Part shown: positions 13,705 to 28,550 of the stretch, one piece after another
Numbering within the stretch: the first letter of the stretch is position 1
Layout: each line of letters starts with the position of its first letter
Source: Tubiluchus corallicola
Lineage: Eukaryota; Animalia; Priapulida
DNA: 64,000 nt
Assembly (NCBI GenBank): GCA_030141605.1
Contig: JAQGDQ010000266.1
Span: 248,001 to 312,000 of the forward strand
Direction: 5' to 3'
Made by a program: the position numbers and the translations under genes
The notes under the pieces: model-generated
What the model was told of the DNA's origin: nothing
Database searches by the model: none
Seen by the model: the letters and a program-made list of their open reading frames with translations, nothing else

Positions 13705-15573
13705 AGCATTCTTTCAAATTTCTGATATAAGACTTTTGTTAATTGATCAAAATTTGTTAATTTCATTGCCGTTTCCAGACAATGCTTCATGTGATTTATT
13801 GACAAGATTGCTGTTATCAACAGAGTTAAGAAGATTCTGATCTCAATCACCCCACATGTCACAAATTGCCTTTTCGCCTAATACGCCGCTAATTTTTGGT
13901 GGAAGTGGCGTTTTTGAATTAGTTTCTTTTTTGATCTGAGCCCAGAACTGATATGAGCAACTTATGATTGGCGTTGTAGCAGTTTATATCTTCGCAAAGA
14001 AGTGGGTCATACTGCAAGTTTAGACAGCAAATCACGCGTCATCGAACAGCTGGTTGCTGTTAGTTTTATCCCAATTTACCTTATGCCGCAGTAGATTTAG
14101 GGGGAAAGAAGAAGAGAGGAAGGGAAAGGATGAGAGGGAATAAGAAGGGAAGAAGGGTTTATGAGGACGTCTGTGACAACTTCAGTTATCTAGTTTCTAG
14201 ATAGAAAAGTGGGTATGGGGTTATAAAATTAGATTTTTAGTATTTTTGGACATTTTCCTGATAATTTGATGCTAGAATGTAAAATAATATGTTTAGTGTA
14301 ACATAAGTGTAATATATTTAGCATTTGTTTTCATAAAAAAATAAAAAATCCACATTTGATCAAATTTTTGGTGGTTTCTACTGTGAAGCATCATAACGTG
14401 GTTTTAACTATGCCGACTTATGGGCGGTTTTGGTTTGCATTTATTAACAACAATCCTGGCAATACTACAGTACAGGCTTACCCCGTTTGGGCGGGCGTTA
14501 AGCACGTCAGCGTCACGCAGCATTAGGCAATGGAAATATTCATTAGGATAGATTGGTGCTAATAATTTTGCTCCATTGTGAATCAGGTTTTAATAAAATT
14601 TAATATCGTTCTAGTTATACTTCGGCGTGATCTTAATACCCGTGGCTCTAACTTACGTTCTATTTTAAGGCGATTTTAATTAAGCATTGTGGTTTTTAAT
14701 TACATTCTATCTTTTAACAAGATTGTTTTTTACATAATATGGTTTTAGAATTTGCTTTGCCGTGATCTTTGTTAATTAGGAGTTACATATTGTAGCAGAC
14801 TTGGCTATTTTTTTGTTAATCTTGCTTACAAATTCGTGCACGAGGCGCCATCTGTGGCGGGAATGTAAAGCTTTTGGTTTTGGCCAGTTTTTCTGTTTGT
14901 TACCTGCTACTCACTTGTCTGTTTTACTCACCTGTGCTCTGAACAGTCAGGTTAATCCACTTTATAGAATATCTGGGACGAATATGTTACAATAAAGCAT
15001 TCAGTGGTATTAACCTCTGTTGACAGTGTTTCTGTGACATACGAACAATACGGCATGGCTGCGTTTTTACCCAAAAACTGTTTTCATGTAAAATCCATGA
15101 TAGCACAGTGAATACGCAACTGATTTCGACAAAACTATCCCAGAGGCCGTAAAAATTCGAAAGCTTGTATTGTACAAACATTTACAAAGGTATAAAACTA
15201 GGTTTTGTGAAGACAAACAGGTTAACATTGGTTAAATAAAGGCGGTATCACATGTAAAGAGCATTATCATCAAATACGTGTGTAACTTGGATATTAAAGT
15301 TCGAATTTTACTCAAATACAAACGTCATAAGCCACTCCTACTGTGTTTTTATATTGAACTGCACCAGGGTGTAAGTGAGAATGTTAAATAAAGGCCCAGG
15401 TTTAAAGTATATTTATGTTTTAATTACGTGCCAGAAGTTTTTCTATTTAAAGGAAACAACAAGTCATTTAGCCATCTTGTCATTTTATTTAAATAAAAAA
15501 ACTTTGTTTTGTTTATTTTGCTGTTAACACACAACTTAGATAAATATAGCAAAGAAATTTAAAAAAACTGCCT

Positions 15574-16723
15574 ATAAAGTTACACTAATTTACACTGCCG
15601 CTGTATAGAATATCTCATGGTAGCCGCCATACCTGAAAATTATGACGTAACTGGACCTTTCCTTTAACTTAAGTAATTCTCAAGATTTGCCGAAAGTTCC
15701 AACGCACGTTGTACACTTAGAAACTATTTTGTTAAATTAAAGAAAATTCGGACGATTATTTAAACATTAATTCAGAATAAAGATTGACTAAAGTACTGAA
15801 AACTACAAAAGCTTAGACAATAATAATTACCTCAGATACTCAAATTTCGTTAAACTTTCAAAGCTACGCGCGGCTCAGTGAATCTATTAAGATAGGCAAT
15901 GGCGCTTTTTTGTCACATGCGCATCGCTGACAAATAGACGGCTGTACCGTGATAACCATGACCATGACCAACTGCTCTGTTAGTTTCTGACGTCATATGA
16001 AATAGAGCCCATTTTCGTGACATCACGCGTTTAAGCAGTAACACTTACGCAAACGTGCTTGACGCGCAAGGGAAGATGCCTACCATTGCACAAACTGTGG
16101 TTAGTTTCTGACGTAAGCAATAGCTGTGTTCGGTTACCGTTAATTATTTTTCTAAGCTAATTATTCAAATATAAGAAACAATTGTTAACTTTTATAGGCA
16201 AGAAAATGTATATTTTGGACAAATTAAAATGAGATTGAGTCTAAACAAACGTCCGGTCTTCCTTTAAGAGTGTTATTAATTTAATAACCGATTGCTACAG
16301 AGAATGCTTTACAAAATCTAATCCTGGCACGCCTGATACTGGAAGGAAAATCCAACGTTTCACGAGGTCTATAAAAAGCGCTCGCTACTACGACCGCTTT
16401 AGACACGCCTGGCTGCTGTCCGAGATAACAAAAGCAAACATACAGGGAAAGACATGACACGTCAACAGGGAATTTTCCTGCAATTCCACTGTAGCCTTAC
16501 TACAAGCACTTAATTCTGTCTTGGCCTATCAGTTTGGCAACACGAAGTTGCGAATTTTGAGGCTTACAACCACTCTTACACACTGTGGCGACGAAAGTTG
16601 TGGTTTTCACACCAACGACTGAACTGGTAGGTGGGTTCGTCCGCGCCAGTAATTGAGGAATGTACATCTTTTTCAGGGCGAAGAGAACACCTTTTTTATT
16701 TTCAGTTAGCATGGAGCTGATTT
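15574..16723 (-). repeat. Copy A of a ~1.15-kb inverted duplication (partner 32070-33215)
   Basis: Reverse complement matches 32070-33215 nearly base for base; the same 70-aa ORF MLTENKKGVLF... occurs in both; contains TTAA-AGGAA termini and several TGACGT motifs. Confidence 0.95.
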
Positions 16724-16910
<187 letters not shown>

Positions 16911-19229
16911 GTGAATGCTTTATTTCACAAACATAAACACAAGTACTATTAACAAATCACACACTTAAATAAACATCACCCACAGGAATACGTTACTACA
17001 GATACAGGACTCATTTTAAGCGTATTTGATTAAAAACTACCATAATTTATTACAAACATATCTACATATATATCACAGTGCTATTTGAATACATTAATTC
17101 TTAGCAAAATTAATTCGTACCTCTTAATTTAGAATCGCGTATTGTTGAAATTTTATGCACATAGTTGTATGTTTTGCAGGGTCCAGGTCCTATCATGAAC
17201 GCCAAGACAGTTGCAGCATATACTCTCAGCCCTAAAAGCATAAAACTGCACATCTTAGGGTGATTAAGTCTAGAAATGGGGCCAAACGAATATTATCCAA
17301 TATGGCCGTCGTTTTCAAGACGGCCGACAAGTTTTTCTACCGCTAGCTTACGAAAACCATGTCTTAACTGTTACAGATGATAAAATGATGATTTTGTTGT
17401 CTTAATACAGAATTTTAAGGTCAAGCAATACGCATTTGATGCTTAAGATACCAGTGACATCACTCTCTTTAGGATTTTAGGATGGCTGCCAAAATTGCTG
17501 CAGCTGCTTATGTGATATATTAGCTACGTTACACTTTCTACTAGACATAGACATACTGGTCATTTCGTCTGAAATCCTAGTCAAGCATTTCTCATTAGAA
17601 AATCACTTTAATCTTTACAAAATCTTTTGTACATTTAGTATGTGCTCATATTTGTCTGATACACTGTCAACTTTGTTGCCAAACTGAATTGGAAATGTGG
17701 CACAAATATTGTAAATCTTGGAAAGTTTTCTAGCTTTTTAAAAATCAATAGAGTCACAGCTCGAATTATAAAAGCGTGTACAAAAGAGATGCTTCAGTAC
17801 TGATGCTCACGAAATGCTTGAATGATGTTTAAAAACTTCACTTGAATGATAGTGAGAAACACATTACATTTTTAATTTACAATAAAAGTTGACAACCATA
17901 GTTGATAGTATGTCAGCACGTGTGCAAGTATTTCTTATGATCTACGTTCACGAAATGTTTGCTGATGCTGTAGTTTATTTTCGTTTGCAAAATACAGCAA
18001 GTCCTTGCTTAACGTTTCGCTTAACGATGCGTTTTGCCGAAACACATTAGCCGTATAAGGTTATAGATAGTATCACTTTTCCTATTCTGATCGTATAGTA
18101 TAATAGTGATTTGTATCTGTATAGATTTTATATTGATTTAATCGATTAGCCTTTTATTTAATTAATTGCTACAAGGTGATTTATCACCCGGCTCCGAGGG
18201 CTTTAGATGAGTCTATCGGGGCGATAATTTTGTCCCTCAAGACTGACACTTCGACCTCGCGTTGTGAGTAAGTTCTTTGACCCTCAAGCTATCTAGCGTT
18301 GCTCCCGCAATTGAGCTTTATTTAATTAATGCACTGCGAATCTACAGGATCGTATCTCGGATTTAGTGTTGCTTAACTTTGAACACTCTAAAGCATACAT
18401 GAACTCATTAGTTACGTTTTAAAGTGAATCAACTTTATTCGTTTACAGAATTTACTTCTATCTAGGTAGCTGCACAAGATTTGTCCTTACATGCTTGTGG
18501 GCGTTTACAACTAATGTATAGCTCCAAGAAGATACTCAAGCAATTCACTTAACAATTATCCAATGTCGCACTTAAGGTGCTTAATACAGTACAATGTGAA
18601 CTACAGTTATGCAGAGTTACTCTCAGTTACAAATGCGTTAAGATTACTTAACTCTGTGGAATGACCACAATGCACCTCGTACACTTGGTCAACTCCAATG
18701 GTATTGTGAGACTTTCGTTGATTCAGAACCTCTTCGCTTGGCGTCTTCGAGTACCGATACAAGCTTGACGTCGGCCATAAAATACTCTTTCAAAGAAATT
18801 TGCCTATTGCGACTTTTTTGTTAATTAAGAGCAACTCTGCATAAGGCTATAAAGAACGATTATGTCCTCACAGAACAGATGCCTGTTCACTCTCAGCAAA
18901 CGATAAAAAACACACCTGGAATAATTTGCTTCTCATTAAATCCGTGCTTACCAGCTGGATGAGTTCCTCTATTAATCAATAAATTTATCTTATCAAATCA
19001 TCAAATCAGGGAGGCATATATTTATCTCCAAATTATCGATTCATAAATTTATTCACGACAATAGAGTATAATGGATGACGTCACAACAATGGCTTTGCGT
19101 CAGCACTAAGCGAAAATTGCCAAAAATAGAACATCTAATTAACTCGTCGTCACTCCTCTTGGTGGACCTGTCCTAACATATAGCTTACACCATCGTATAG
19201 CCATGTTCTTTCTCTTTCTAAAGAGCCGT

Positions 19230-19900
19230 ATATCTCCATTCGAGAGTCCCACCAGGCGCCGCTAAAACGTTTTTTCTGCAGGCTGTTTGACCAAAATTTC
19301 GAAAAAAATCGCCGAGTTGGGTCCGGGAAAACGCCCGTTACGGTACGCCGTGGCCCTCTCGCAAATTCTAAATAGGCCTATGACACCCATCGCTAAACGG
19401 ACCGCTATTCATAGACAGTACCACACTCGGCCCGTTCCCGTTCTTCAGATCTCAGACGTATAAGTTTTGCAAAAAAACGGCCGAAAAATGGCCATTTTTG
19501 GAGGTTTTTCGCCCCCGTTCCTACCAGTGGGCCCGATTCGAAAAATAAGCCCTCAATGGCACGACACTAGATCGAGACCTTTCGTTTGATGTATAGATCG
19601 CCGCAAATGGTGCCGCCGTTGGAGCTGTAGCCTCGAATCTTATATATATATATATATATATGCCAGTAGAATTAAAATATAGTCTAGCAAAGGCCCCGCA
19701 AAAAATTTTGCGTATAAATACACGTATAATCAAAAATACGCGAACATCCTTGATAGTCCTCACTTATAACGCAAAGCCAGCAGCAGCAGCTTTTACTGAA
19801 TTAAAGTTATAAAGGTTATAGACAGAGTACAGAGTATAGACAATACACAGAGTATAAATATATATATATATATATCTACCAGTAGAATTAACATATACGA
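19230..19900. mobile_element. Unclassified GC-richer interspersed repeat with (TA)n and a duplicated TATA..CCAGTAGAATTAA motif
   Basis: Abrupt GC/CpG increase; (TA)n followed by CCAGTAGAATTAA at ~19663 and ~19879; no coding motif found. Confidence 0.35.
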
Positions 19901-20823
19901 TTCTTTCTTAATCCATTGTTACATTATATTTCGAACCGAGTTTGAATTCTGCTCATATAATAAATTATATTTATAACTGTTAATGAAAGTGTTAGTGTTA
20001 ACTTTTATCAAGAGCTCACTTAAAGACCATAACTATTCTGTAAATGCACTATCTGTTCTACGCACTAAACATCAACACACTAAAAAAGCTTACTGCAGAC
20101 AGCCTTTAGCCTTCCAGAGAGACTGTAAAAAAACTAGAGAGGTAAAGATCTATTTCACAGCGCGTATTTCGTGGTTCAAGGTCTATCAGAGAATCATCAC
20201 TATCGTCTCGATCAGGCTAAGCTCTCGTAGTCAGGGATTAATTATTTGATTAATTACCTAATAAGAAGACCAGTATTGCCAGTGTATAGCAGTTATTTAA
20301 ACTCGTTTAAAATTTTGCATTTAAAATCACTGCACCAAACACTCATCTCCTGGAGTTTAAATTTTCATGTTTTACAAATCACTGCTGCTATTGCAAATTC
20401 TCCGTGCAATAAGGCAGCCAGTAGGTGGCACAAATTTTCAAGGCGATTTTTAAGCTTTATGTAAGTGAAGGGAAAGGTGTTCTTGTCCTCTTAAGAACTT
20501 CTTGTCTTCAACATGTTACTTCAAATTATAGTTTTAGGATTGGTAGAATTAGCAAGACTTACCAAGCCGTCTCATGAAACGTTATTATACTTAGTTTGCA
20601 TAAAGACTCATATGAATGGCCTGTTACTTTTCTTTAGTTTTATTATGTTCATAATTTTGTAGTGCTACGTCTGTATAAACTAAAATAATTAATTTTAAAC
20701 ATTCAAACAAAAGCAAAAACGTTAGAAAAAATCTTTGTCTTTAATAAAGGCGTCATTATTGCATATTAGTGCATAAAATCAGGAGATCAAGAAACCTGCT
20801 TGTCCAACACTAAAATAACTTGA

Positions 20824-23800
20824 TCAAAGGAAAATAAAGTTGGGGGAATGTAAATGTTTACAAAAAAACAGAAAGAAAAAAATCAGAAGAACTTCTGGTT
20901 TAATAGAAAACACATGGAGCACTGCTTCTGCCTTGACACTTCTTGTTATTTCCGACTTGACGCGTGTTGTGTTGGTGGAGTTGTTGGTAGGGCATTCAGT
21001 CTCATAAAATTCAAATTCCTGGAGAGGATTCCTCTTATCGTAGGGGCGTTTCACTGGTAGAAAACAGTCCAATTCCCTGCGCGTCACGAAATTCCATTTT
21101 GGCTTTATCATCCAAACCATGCGGCAGTCACAAACTATCTTAGAATCTGAAAAAAAGTTCCCACTATAAAGCCAATGTGAGAATTAATCCTCCAAGCTCT
21201 AAAGTTTCGGTAGTTAAAAACAGCAACCTGACTGGCCTATCAAACAGTTTTCAAATTTAAAATACAGAATCAGCTTTTTAACTATCCCAAAACAACCAAC
21301 GAATTATTTACCATTTTCTTAAGTAATAATGTTTCTACTGCCACCAACAGATATCTTCAAGTGATAAATAGAGGTTTAATAACTTAATGACGAACCAAAT
21401 TGCTTATTCCCTGACGATGAATGCCAGTGTGTAATAGAAACTTTGTTTTTTAACAAAAATTGATAAAAATTTTACGTTATTGTCAGATGTTTAACATATC
21501 GTATCACAACATTACTGTGCATGCTTGTGCATCAGTAAAGCATTGCTTGGTATGTTCCAAATACCTTTAACCCGATGACTTATCTTTTTACTGACTTTGA
21601 CATTAGAATTCGATATAAAGCAATGCAAATTTGCATAGTAACCCGAACGGTCCCAGTAATTAGCGTCAAGGAGCTTCAAGGCGCGTCAAACAGCATTGAG
21701 GTACACTCAAGTTTTGTACGGACAACGATTGCAAAGACCTTAAACTTAGGATCAGGCAAAAAATTTCCGTCTATTTTACAATCTAGATCAGTAATTTTTG
21801 TAAAAATTAATAACAGTGTCACCATTTGCTTGACTGTCATTCTTAAAACTGTTATTACTCATGTATTAATTACACTCATGACCTTAAATTAGTAGAAGAT
21901 GATTTGATGTTACGAAAGTTTGTATTCGTTGCCCTGCTTTTGAAAACACTGCAGTGACCAATCACGAAATGCGTTTTACTTCGTACGATGAGAAATAATA
22001 GCAATCACACCGATTGCAGCTAGCGTGAATTTAAAGTGAAAAAAAGTGTAAAGCTGATAAAATAAAAAAAATAGATAGCATGATAACGCCAATGACAATA
22101 AGACGCTTACGACGTATAATAACTGCCTTAAGTTTGTCTTTGAAAAACTGTGTTTCTTGCTTAATCTGAAATGTCTTTATGCTGGTGTTTCTGATTTCTA
22201 TCGTTTGCAGTGAATGAAAGTAGCAATCTCGAAATTCCATGTCGAAATGTTTCATATTTGGTGCTCCAACGATTTCAATTGTCTGTATCTTCAGCTGGGT
22301 CAGAAAAAATGTCTCATCAATTTCTGTGAGCCTTTGAGCATTATATATCTTGAAATACGTTATAACAGCATTAGGCATCGGTTCTATTCTAGTTATCCTG
22401 GGATTATCAAGAATAAAGTGGTCTACGGTGATGCCTGCCAAAAAATTGTTGGGTAGAACGAAATAGTCGTAATCGTAGATAGTCAGAGCTGACACTTTCT
22501 TCCTCATGTGATAGAGAGCCTCAGTGAGTTGGTATTGTGATAATTTTACGTCAATGCCACAGCCAATATAACAATTGTCAGATTCAATGAACTCGCATTC
22601 CGGCTTGCTTACGCCGCATTTCTTGCTATGTTGTATTGGCGGTTGAATTGTTGGAGGAGGTGTCTGGTCAGTGATGCACTTCTGGTCAATGAACCAGTTG
22701 ATAGTAAGTGCGTCAAATCGGTTATGGAGTCTGTAAGGCGATCTGCAGTCAACTTTTGATTCAAGAAAGTTCGTGCTTTTCGTCCACAGGAGATCGCAAT
22801 CACAGTAAAGTAAGTTTCCTGCAAAGAGATATAACAATACATGCGTTAGAAGCCCAGGGTGCTAAGTAGAGGTCGAGACTCAAATGTTGTTTTGGTCCAG
22901 AGCAGTACTGTTTATGAATTAGTAAAAGAACCAGCTAAAGACAATATGGCCCATAAATATCGAAGTATAAAACAGTAGTTCAGAAGATATTTTTTACTTA
23001 CAACACAAAGGATGTCTATAATAAATCCAATTATCTGCACATTTAGCATTCAGTTTACGATTAGCAATTAACAGATGAGGCTAAAATGGCTAGGAAATGG
23101 GTACATCTCGCATGCAACAGTAGTAAACGTTTAAGTGAGCTTTTTACTAGAGTACACATTAGCTGACAGGATTGTACATTGCTTTTGGGTTATCAGAAAT
23201 CATAAGTTTAATAAATTTCTGCAATTAAATCTCTCTAAAATGAAATGAAACTACAGAGTCCATATATTACTGTAAGAATTTTGTACATTTTGGGGTACCA
23301 ATATGATGCGCATAGCAGTATTATGCACAGTCGATGGGTTTACTAATTTTGTTCTTCTTAATGGGCTTAAACAAGGCAGTCACTTGTTACCGAAACTGTA
23401 CAATAAGTGTCTATGTGTGACGCTAATGATGATTTAATACTTACATTAACTGCTCACGTAAAGTCCAATTTGATGGCAAATGCACCCACTAGAAGGCTCA
23501 GGGTTGTGTAATTACCATATGGTTTTCTAACCGAGAAAATTATCTAGTACAACGTTTTGGTTTTAGTTTAGTCAGACTGGGACTTAAGTAGATTTTTAAG
23601 TAATCTAGCATCCTTGAAAGGCTTTTTCTGACATATGCGTTGCTAGATACCATTAAGACTTTCTTATTATGTACAGTGCTTTCACAAAAAAATAAAATTT
23701 TTAGAGTGAATGTCTTCAACTTCTTGTGCATAAGTTAGTGTTAAACAACTGTTAATAGGGCATATTAGTGTTGATATTATTAGTTTATGAGCTGAAAAAT

Positions 23801-26800
23801 TTCATAGCTGGATGAATGTAGCTTTCTTTATTTCTGATTTTTTTCATAGGAAAATTATAGTTTTCCTAATACGCTTATTTCTTATTAATTCTATATTTGT
23901 TTAAACATTATCTTTAAACTAACTTTACTGAAATCCCATATACATCCCGTATGTTACTTTTAACTGTCTGGTTCCCGAAAAAATTACTTTGCCTATTACG
24001 ATTAATAATATCTGTTTTGGTTTTTATATTTTTTATTTGCTTGGTATTGACGATATAACACTATAACGATCTATTTTGAGACAAACAGAAGACTTTGTGG
24101 AATAACAAACTGCGCAACTAGACGTGCATAACTAACTATTTACAGCTGTCAACTTGGCTCATTGGGAGTAAATGTTAAGTTTATTTGCTGTAAGGCGTTT
24201 CTACGTGATTAACAACAAGACATGAACATTCAGTGTACTGAGTGATTTGTGAAAAATTCCCAACTTCGAACTGAGAATTCAGATACGTGAGATATTGCTT
24301 GTTACCTTGTGAACATTATAGGTGTAAGAAGTGATGTCATACTTGTGAGAGTAAGCTTGAATGTGCTAGGATCAACTGCTAATGTTGGCTTCGCTAATTT
24401 GTTGATGCTAGTCATGTCAATGATTAACTCTCTGAGGTCCTTGCACTTGCTGAAATCCATTGGAAACGCTTTTAAATTGAACGATTCGCGTATTGTTATC
24501 TTTTTCAGGCCTTTCACTCCATCAAACACATTTCTACCGATGACTTTCAGGTCATGGTTCTGATTCAACTCAAATTCCTCTATCCATCCGTCTATTTCAT
24601 ACTCCGATATTCTTTGTAGCTTGGATTGGCTTATTTTCAGCGTGTGCACTCGTTTGTGTTTAAGAAAGAAGAAAGGAATATGTATACCCGAATATTTTTC
24701 AATGTGCAAGTAATCAACTTCGTCCTCCAATTCGGTCTGGCGAGCATAAAATGCATTGGAGTCGAGTGGCACGATTCCACATTCATAGCGGCAGATCTCC
24801 TGCCAACCAAACTGCCAATTTAAGTAGCCATAGACCTGAATAAGGCTCTTGCAATATCTCAAATTGTATTTGTACTCATAGCACCGATATTCCCGCGGGT
24901 GGCACTTTCCATAAGAGAATTGGCGGACATCATCAAAGTCTTTGTTAGGCTTCGGGCAATAAATTTCATGATGTGCCCACTTTCGATCTTTGATCCACTT
25001 TAATCGACAATCACATTCCAGGTTGTAATTATCTGTAAAAATAGATGAGAACATTAGTTCATTTATTAAATTTTGGGAGCGTTTCAGTGCCCTGCTACCT
25101 GTATCATCAGCTTAAATTAAAATCGAACAAAATATAATTGCAATTTAATTTTACAAAATGCTGATTGGACACGAAAATAGTAAATAGTAACAGTAAATTA
25201 CAATGTCGTGTAACAACAGCTGGGTTATCAGATTAGCCGTATGGCTTTTTCATTGAGAAAAGATAAAAGGAGCGCATTAGGAAAGAGAGAGCATCGTTAG
25301 AATCATACCCACAAAATCTCAGAGTAGTAAACTGCCACTCAGAGATATCACTGGTTTGCACAGAAAAGAAACACGAAGAAAATGGTTTATACGCGTTTCC
25401 CCAGAAAAAATTGTCAGAAATTTTTCCACAGAAAGTTTTTTGATAGAAAAATCAAGGCACTGTTTTCAAATGTTTACTAAGATTACGCTTTCGATTTCTC
25501 TCGGCTCTGCTTCTTCCCTTTACCTCTCTCACTTCCCGCACCCTCTAACGTTCTCCCCTCTGCTTCGCTGTCTGTCTCTTTCTCTCTCTGCTGCCCTCTC
25601 TCTCTCCATCTTTCTCCCCTCTCTCTCTCACTCAACCTTTCCACCTTCTTCCCTTACGCTTTAATTACCTACAATTCTTTGACTAATAAATATAAAAAAA
25701 TCAGAATCGTTTAAATGATGCGATATTTAAGGATCAACTTTGTTTTTTATTTTTTTTGAAGCTTTGTGCTACAATTTTTTAGTTCTTAAGATGTAATTGC
25801 TTTCTGGAAGTATTTTGCACTGTATCAATTAACACTTCAAATTCAATAATTTTTATGGATTTGAAATAAAATTTAGTCAAATATAGTTAGAAAAAATGAA
25901 AACACCAAGCTTTGCGAACCACGCAGATTTGTTACTATCTTGGGGTCAATATTTGCCTAATAAAGATTCACTTGTCAACCCAACAAACGTGGGGACTGAT
26001 TATGTTATTACATGCGTACAAAGTTTTATACCGCAGCAGAAAGGGCGCAAGTTTCAGTAGCTGAGACGAGGGGGAAGTAAACGGATATGCCCCGCTAGAC
26101 AAGAGCGAGGACTACAATGAAGTAAAAATTAGGTAAGTTAAATTAAGTACTCTTGTGAACAGAGAGCATTAAATTTTTGCTTTGTGCAGAGTGTGGGTGG
26201 ATGCCTTTTTTTAAAAAAATACTTACCTTTAAAGTAGATACTAATTAGCTCTGTACTTTTGTTAAACTTCGGTTCCAGGATTGTCTGCATTGAAGTACGT
26301 TCAATCCATAAGCTCTCGAAGATCGGTGATGGAATCTTTAACGGTGGTATTTCATAAATCTTGCTCCCGTACTTTATCATAATCTGCCGCAAACCACCAA
26401 TTTTTGCAAATGACAGTTGGTGGAACTTGCTGAGGCTATCTACTTTCACAAACTTGAGGAAACCGATGTTTCCACAGATTCTACCTGAGCCTAGATCTTC
26501 CAACTTTATAGCAGTTTCATCTATAACAGAAAAATCTTCCTGCGTAGAGGCTAACAGGAGATTGGGCTTATTGGCAAATTCCAAGTGATGCACATACTTT
26601 TCACTTAGGAAAAAATGTGGCAGTGTCGTTTCACTGTAATAGCGAATTAGGAAGTAGCCAGTTTCATTAAAAATTACCTTAGCCACCTGGCCCAGTACTT
26701 CTCCTGTGAACTCATTCGTGCTCTCGCCACATACAGTAAAGCAATGGTTACGACTTGGTGTACTTCCTAATGCAACATAGTTAGGACACTTAGGACGCTC

Positions 26801-26956
26801 TGGCCAGTTGTTTGGGTCTTCCCATTTCCAAGCACTGCAGTCCCAGTATGTCATCGTTACGTTATATTTATATCTTGTATCCGAAAACATATATTCCTTA
26901 AATGTGATGCTTTCCGTGCCTGCTACCAAAATAAGTAGGAAAAACGACCACATCAT
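20824..26956 (-). CDS. Multi-cassette divergent LRR protein, gene A (~816 aa); exons 26956-26227, 25032-24343, 22818-22111, 21146-20824
   Basis: Signal peptide MMWSFFLLILVAGTES; three GT-AG introns, all phase 1; exon lengths 730+690+708+323=2451 nt give an open frame; each cassette has a CxxxCG cap, (L/I)PxxFL, LxxLxI-like strands and IxxTS(I/M), followed by an LRRCT-like CDCxxxW at the start of the next exon; C-terminal TNNSTNTT stalk and hydrophobic VLLIFFFLFF tail. Confidence 0.85.
23000..23460 (+). mobile_element. Highly decayed LINE RT fragment in intron 2 of LRR gene A
   Basis: Residual NGLKQG motif (aatgggcttaaacaaggc at ~23360); no intact ORF. Confidence 0.35.
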
Positions 26957-28028
26957 TTTAGAAGATGGCTGCTTTATTGAAAGCAGGAGCAGTTATTGCT
27001 AGATTGGTTGCCATAGGAAACGTTTGTACAGGAAACGTTGCTATGGTGAATGTTGTGTGGAAAGTACTAGTACTTCTAGTGCGTAAAACATGCTCCAACA
27101 AACGTCAAACCTAAAACAACTTGGATAGCTAAGATAAATTAAGATGTTCAACATCAACTTCAACCAAATCTATTTTTAGGAGTACAACAACTTACGCCGT
27201 TAGCTGCAGATAGAAGTGGGTTGAATACTCTGATAAATGTTGATACCTCAACGCCTGGTGGAATGAGATTCTGAAGCAGAGTAAAACGTAAAACCATTGC
27301 AGAACACAAAGACAGTGACAAAAAGATCCTAAATGAAGTACAGCAAAACTATGAAGCAAGCCGCTTTTAAAGTTAACCTCATCAGAATCTTGTCTCTCGC
27401 CATGATAATGAAAGTCTGGGTAGTAACAGAATTGGGTTGGGCTAATTACTTACACCGACAGTAGATGGTGCATCTGCACCACCACCAAGTACCTTACTGA
27501 AGGTCTAGAGATGCATGCACCTTCATAGACTTCCCTGTTAGGGGGTGCAAGCATCTACACCTCCACCATTATTATTATTATATTATTAACAATTCTTCTC
27601 TATATGTATCTTATAGAAAAATTTATTATTGGCATATACATTATGATACAATGACACACATAACATTCAACGAAGCAACAACAGTATACAAATGTACAAA
27701 ACAGTGTTATTACGTTATAGCAACAGAGCCAAAAATAAACACATAACAAATAACATGTTTATTATTTTTTCATCATACGCTAACTGTATCTACACTAAAA
27801 TTATATAAAGTTATCAGTATTTACATGTTAGTACTATTTACTCTTCTTTTTTTTAAAAATGAAAATTTTGGTTCAGAATAAAAAGATCATCTTAAGATCG
27901 TCGTGAAAGGAGCAATAAAACGAATTTCCTCTTCTATTTGTTGGCTGCCACAATGTTGACATATTCTCATATCCACAGGGTCTTTATGTTGTTGGTGTCG
28001 TCCTTTTTCTATTAGTAAGTTATGTGCA

Positions 28029-28550
<522 letters not shown>

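Noticed and set aside
16500-16712. 70-aa ORF MLTENKKGVLF... present twice, as a duplicated small gene
   Set aside because: Its conservation is explained by the recent duplication; no recognisable domain or splice support.
21575-21892. 105-aa + strand ORF in the last intron of LRR gene A as a nested gene or extra exon
   Set aside because: No cassette motifs on either strand, minus-strand frames contain stops, and exons 3 and 4 join in frame without it.
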